DNA of 64,000 bases from Amoebophrya sp. A120 (Eukaryota > Protista > Dinoflagellata): the NCBI GenBank assembly GCA_905178155.1, contig CAJINV010000005.1, forward strand, positions 6,980,356 through 7,044,355, written 5' to 3'. The notes under the pieces are model-generated. The model saw only the letters and a list, made by a program, of their open reading frames with translations, ran no database searches and had not been told where the DNA came from. Below, one piece after another: positions 61,633 to 64,000 of this stretch; position 1 is the stretch's first letter, and each line of letters begins with the position of its first letter. Position numbers and translations under genes: made by a program.

Positions 61633-64000
61633 ATGATGTTCTCACACATTAGAGACTCATCCTCGTCCCGCAGAGCAGGAGCTACAGCTCGCCTTGCCGG
61701 GCGTGGTTCAACATCTCGGCAGGGTGCAGCAGCAGCAGCAGGAGTGGGATCTTTCTTCACCCAGCTTCTCCTGTTGCAGAAGCAACTAAATCACATCGCC
61801 CAAAGTGGAGCAAATGCTGGCGTCGGAGTTCTTGCAGCGGTCGTGCATTCAACTTCTACCCAGTTGGTACGACAGGCGGATACTTCTACAATCGGAGACA
61901 TCAGTAGCGGGGGGTCTAGTGTTTCTGCCCGCCGCCTGCTCCGCGGAACGAGAACCACGGTGAAGAAGATGAAGCAACAAGAAGTTGTGAACAAGAACAA
62001 CCCTAAAACAAGAACTCTGACGGCGGACGAGACGAAGACCACTTCTATGTCCCAAGGAGAAGATGAACATGAAAAAGAAACAACCTTTTTGCTTTTGGAG
62101 CAAGAAACCAAACGTGCTCATGTCGGCCGGATTAAGAACATGAAGCAGCAGGTGCAGGAGCAAGAGTTTCTTGCGAGTGCAACTGCTGCCCACAAACGGA
62201 AGGACGATGATGATGACGATGATGATTCTGACGATGATGACGAAGCTGCAACTGACGGCGCTACGTCGGAAGCATCCGCTACCACATCAAGCAACACCTC
62301 CTACCTGTACTGTCCGGACCCAATTTTCTACTGCGTGCGGTGGAAAACGGGTGTGGGGGCGGAAGAAGTGCAAGCGTTTGAAGATGTTGTTCAGAAGGTG
62401 GAAGATACGTTCAAAAACCGGAAATTGTACTGGATTGATGCGCGGCGGCAGATGCCGGGGACGACTGAGGCCGATATCCAGGAAAAAACACCCATCCCCA
62501 TCCAATAATTTGTCATGCAAAACATGCAAAAAATCCACCATTTGCCATGTAAAAAGTGGACAAGGGGTGGGTGTTTTTTCCTGGATAACCGACAACCGGT
62601 GCCTGGACGAGGGCCGGCAACTTTTCGAGCACGAGTGCTGCACCAGCACCGGGGATCGGGTGACCGGCGATGATAATCCCACCTGCGCCGCCGCCTTTGC
62701 CACCTGGGACCAAATTTTCCAGCCGGACCAGTGCGGCGCGCGGAGCTTGTTCATGCAGGAGGAAAGCACGGATTTCTGTGACTCCTACGGGAAAGAGCGG
62801 GCTGCACTGTTTGAAATGGTACTGAACAGCCAAATGTACCTGGAAAAGGAAAACTACGCGGATGTGGAACTCGAACTGCTGAACATGAACGAGCAAAGTT
62901 TCACCTGCGTGGTGAAGCCAGAAATTACCGAAGACGAAAGTCTCTTCGCCAAGCAGAACCCCTTTGTGGGCTTTCACGAGGCCGCGGGTGGTTCGGACAT
63001 CAACAACTACGAGGGCATGCAGTGGGGCGACGTTCTCACGGTGGGAAGTACCAGCACTGGAAAAGCGCCCACGGAGAAGGCGGAATGTATGGGGCTCTCA
63101 ATTGTTACATTCTCAGCTGGTGTTACATGAATTTGTAATGCAAGAATGGCAAAAGTGAAAGATTTTTGTGCCTTTTGCATTACAGATTTGGGACGGATAA
63201 TCCTGGTGCTATCCAGCGCGTCGAGAACGAAGTTGTCATGCGAAGAAGGCTGGATCGTATGAGGAGTGATAGCGTTTTTGCATGACAAATCATGTAACAC
63301 TTGAGAACGTAACGCTTGAGAACGCCATAGAATGGTGTCGACCGTCGGATCGGGACAAATACCTGGCGGCGGCGGCGGTGCAGAAGGCTGCGGCGGCCTT
63401 TGGGGCGGAAGAAGAACCTGATCAGGAGGAGAACGACGCAGAGGTCATCATGAAACTCGACGAAAAGGAGCTGCCCGAGAAGGTGGGCGGGAAGACCCCG
63501 TGCTCTGTGTTCTACGATGAGACTGATGAAACCACCAGCTGGGCTGAGAATTGTACCGCGGAAGAGTCTGCCGGAACGAGATTTCAGCGGCAAAACTGCA
63601 TGGAGAAATGCACCAGCGGTGCTAGTACTGAGGAGCAGGAGGACGAAGACTCTGACTCTGACTCCCCGCCCCCCGGCCCACCTGACGCAGCAGCAGGCCT
63701 CTTGCCGTCCTCCGCTACGGTGCCTATTGTGGGCGGCCCGACCCCTTGTTCTGTGTTCTTCGACGGGAGCGAAGAAACCAGCTGGGCCCAGGGCTGTACC
63801 GCATTCGAGAGTGCGGGAACAGAAGACCAAATGCAGAATTGCATGGACAAGTGCGGGGGCGCTACGGAGCAGGAGCACCGCGACCCTATTGTGGGCGGCC
63901 CGACGCCGTGCTCTGTCTTCTACAACGGGAGCGAAGAAACCAGCTGGGCCCAGGGCTGTACCGCAGTCGAGAGTGCGGGAACAGAAGACCAAATGCAGAA
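61633..64000 (+). CDS. Hypothetical secreted Cys-rich protein with VGGxxPC four-Cys repeats; runs off the window end
   Basis: ORFs 61609-62508, 62171-63130 and an open frame 63335-64000 join across 62475-62587 and 63088-63329. Confidence 0.75.
62475..62587. mobile_element. Minimal 113-bp introner-like intron
   Basis: Perfect TIR tatccaggaaaaaacaccca; TSD gccga/accga. Confidence 0.92.
63088..63329. mobile_element. Introner-like intron, family G
   Basis: tatggggctctcaa...ttgagaacgccata; TSD gaatg. Confidence 0.9.

Overview
Eukaryotic, intron-rich genomic DNA with all reconstructable genes on the + strand. The architecture matches what I recall being described for the parasitic dinoflagellate Amoebophrya (strain A120-like); this attribution is from memory and unverified. 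The dominant feature is about 42 non-canonical introns (introner-like DNA elements). Nearly all run 5'-TAT...ATA-3' with terminal inverted repeats (TIRs, usually TAT-N7-AAA) and a 5-bp target-site duplication (TSD). In the junctions I traced, removing the element plus one TSD copy restores the host reading frame. Recognisable host genes are Sec61 alpha, a short bacterial/viral-type NeuB nonulosonate synthase carrying 9 such elements, a MORN-repeat protein and a Kazal-domain protein; a cluster of unknown, probably secreted proteins is also present. Beyond the known phenomenon, the window shows: (i) the same element families inserted in both orientations in co-oriented genes; (ii) a GCATNACAAA motif shared by unrelated element families and by canonical GT-AG introns; (iii) filled/empty paralogous sites confirming the 5-bp TSD; (iv) long GC-rich elements or element ends with the same termini, one holding a coding remnant, which are candidate derivatives of the unidentified autonomous parent; (v) several insertions flanked by 40-140 bp duplications. 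Exon structures were reconstructed by eye and need RNA-seq confirmation.
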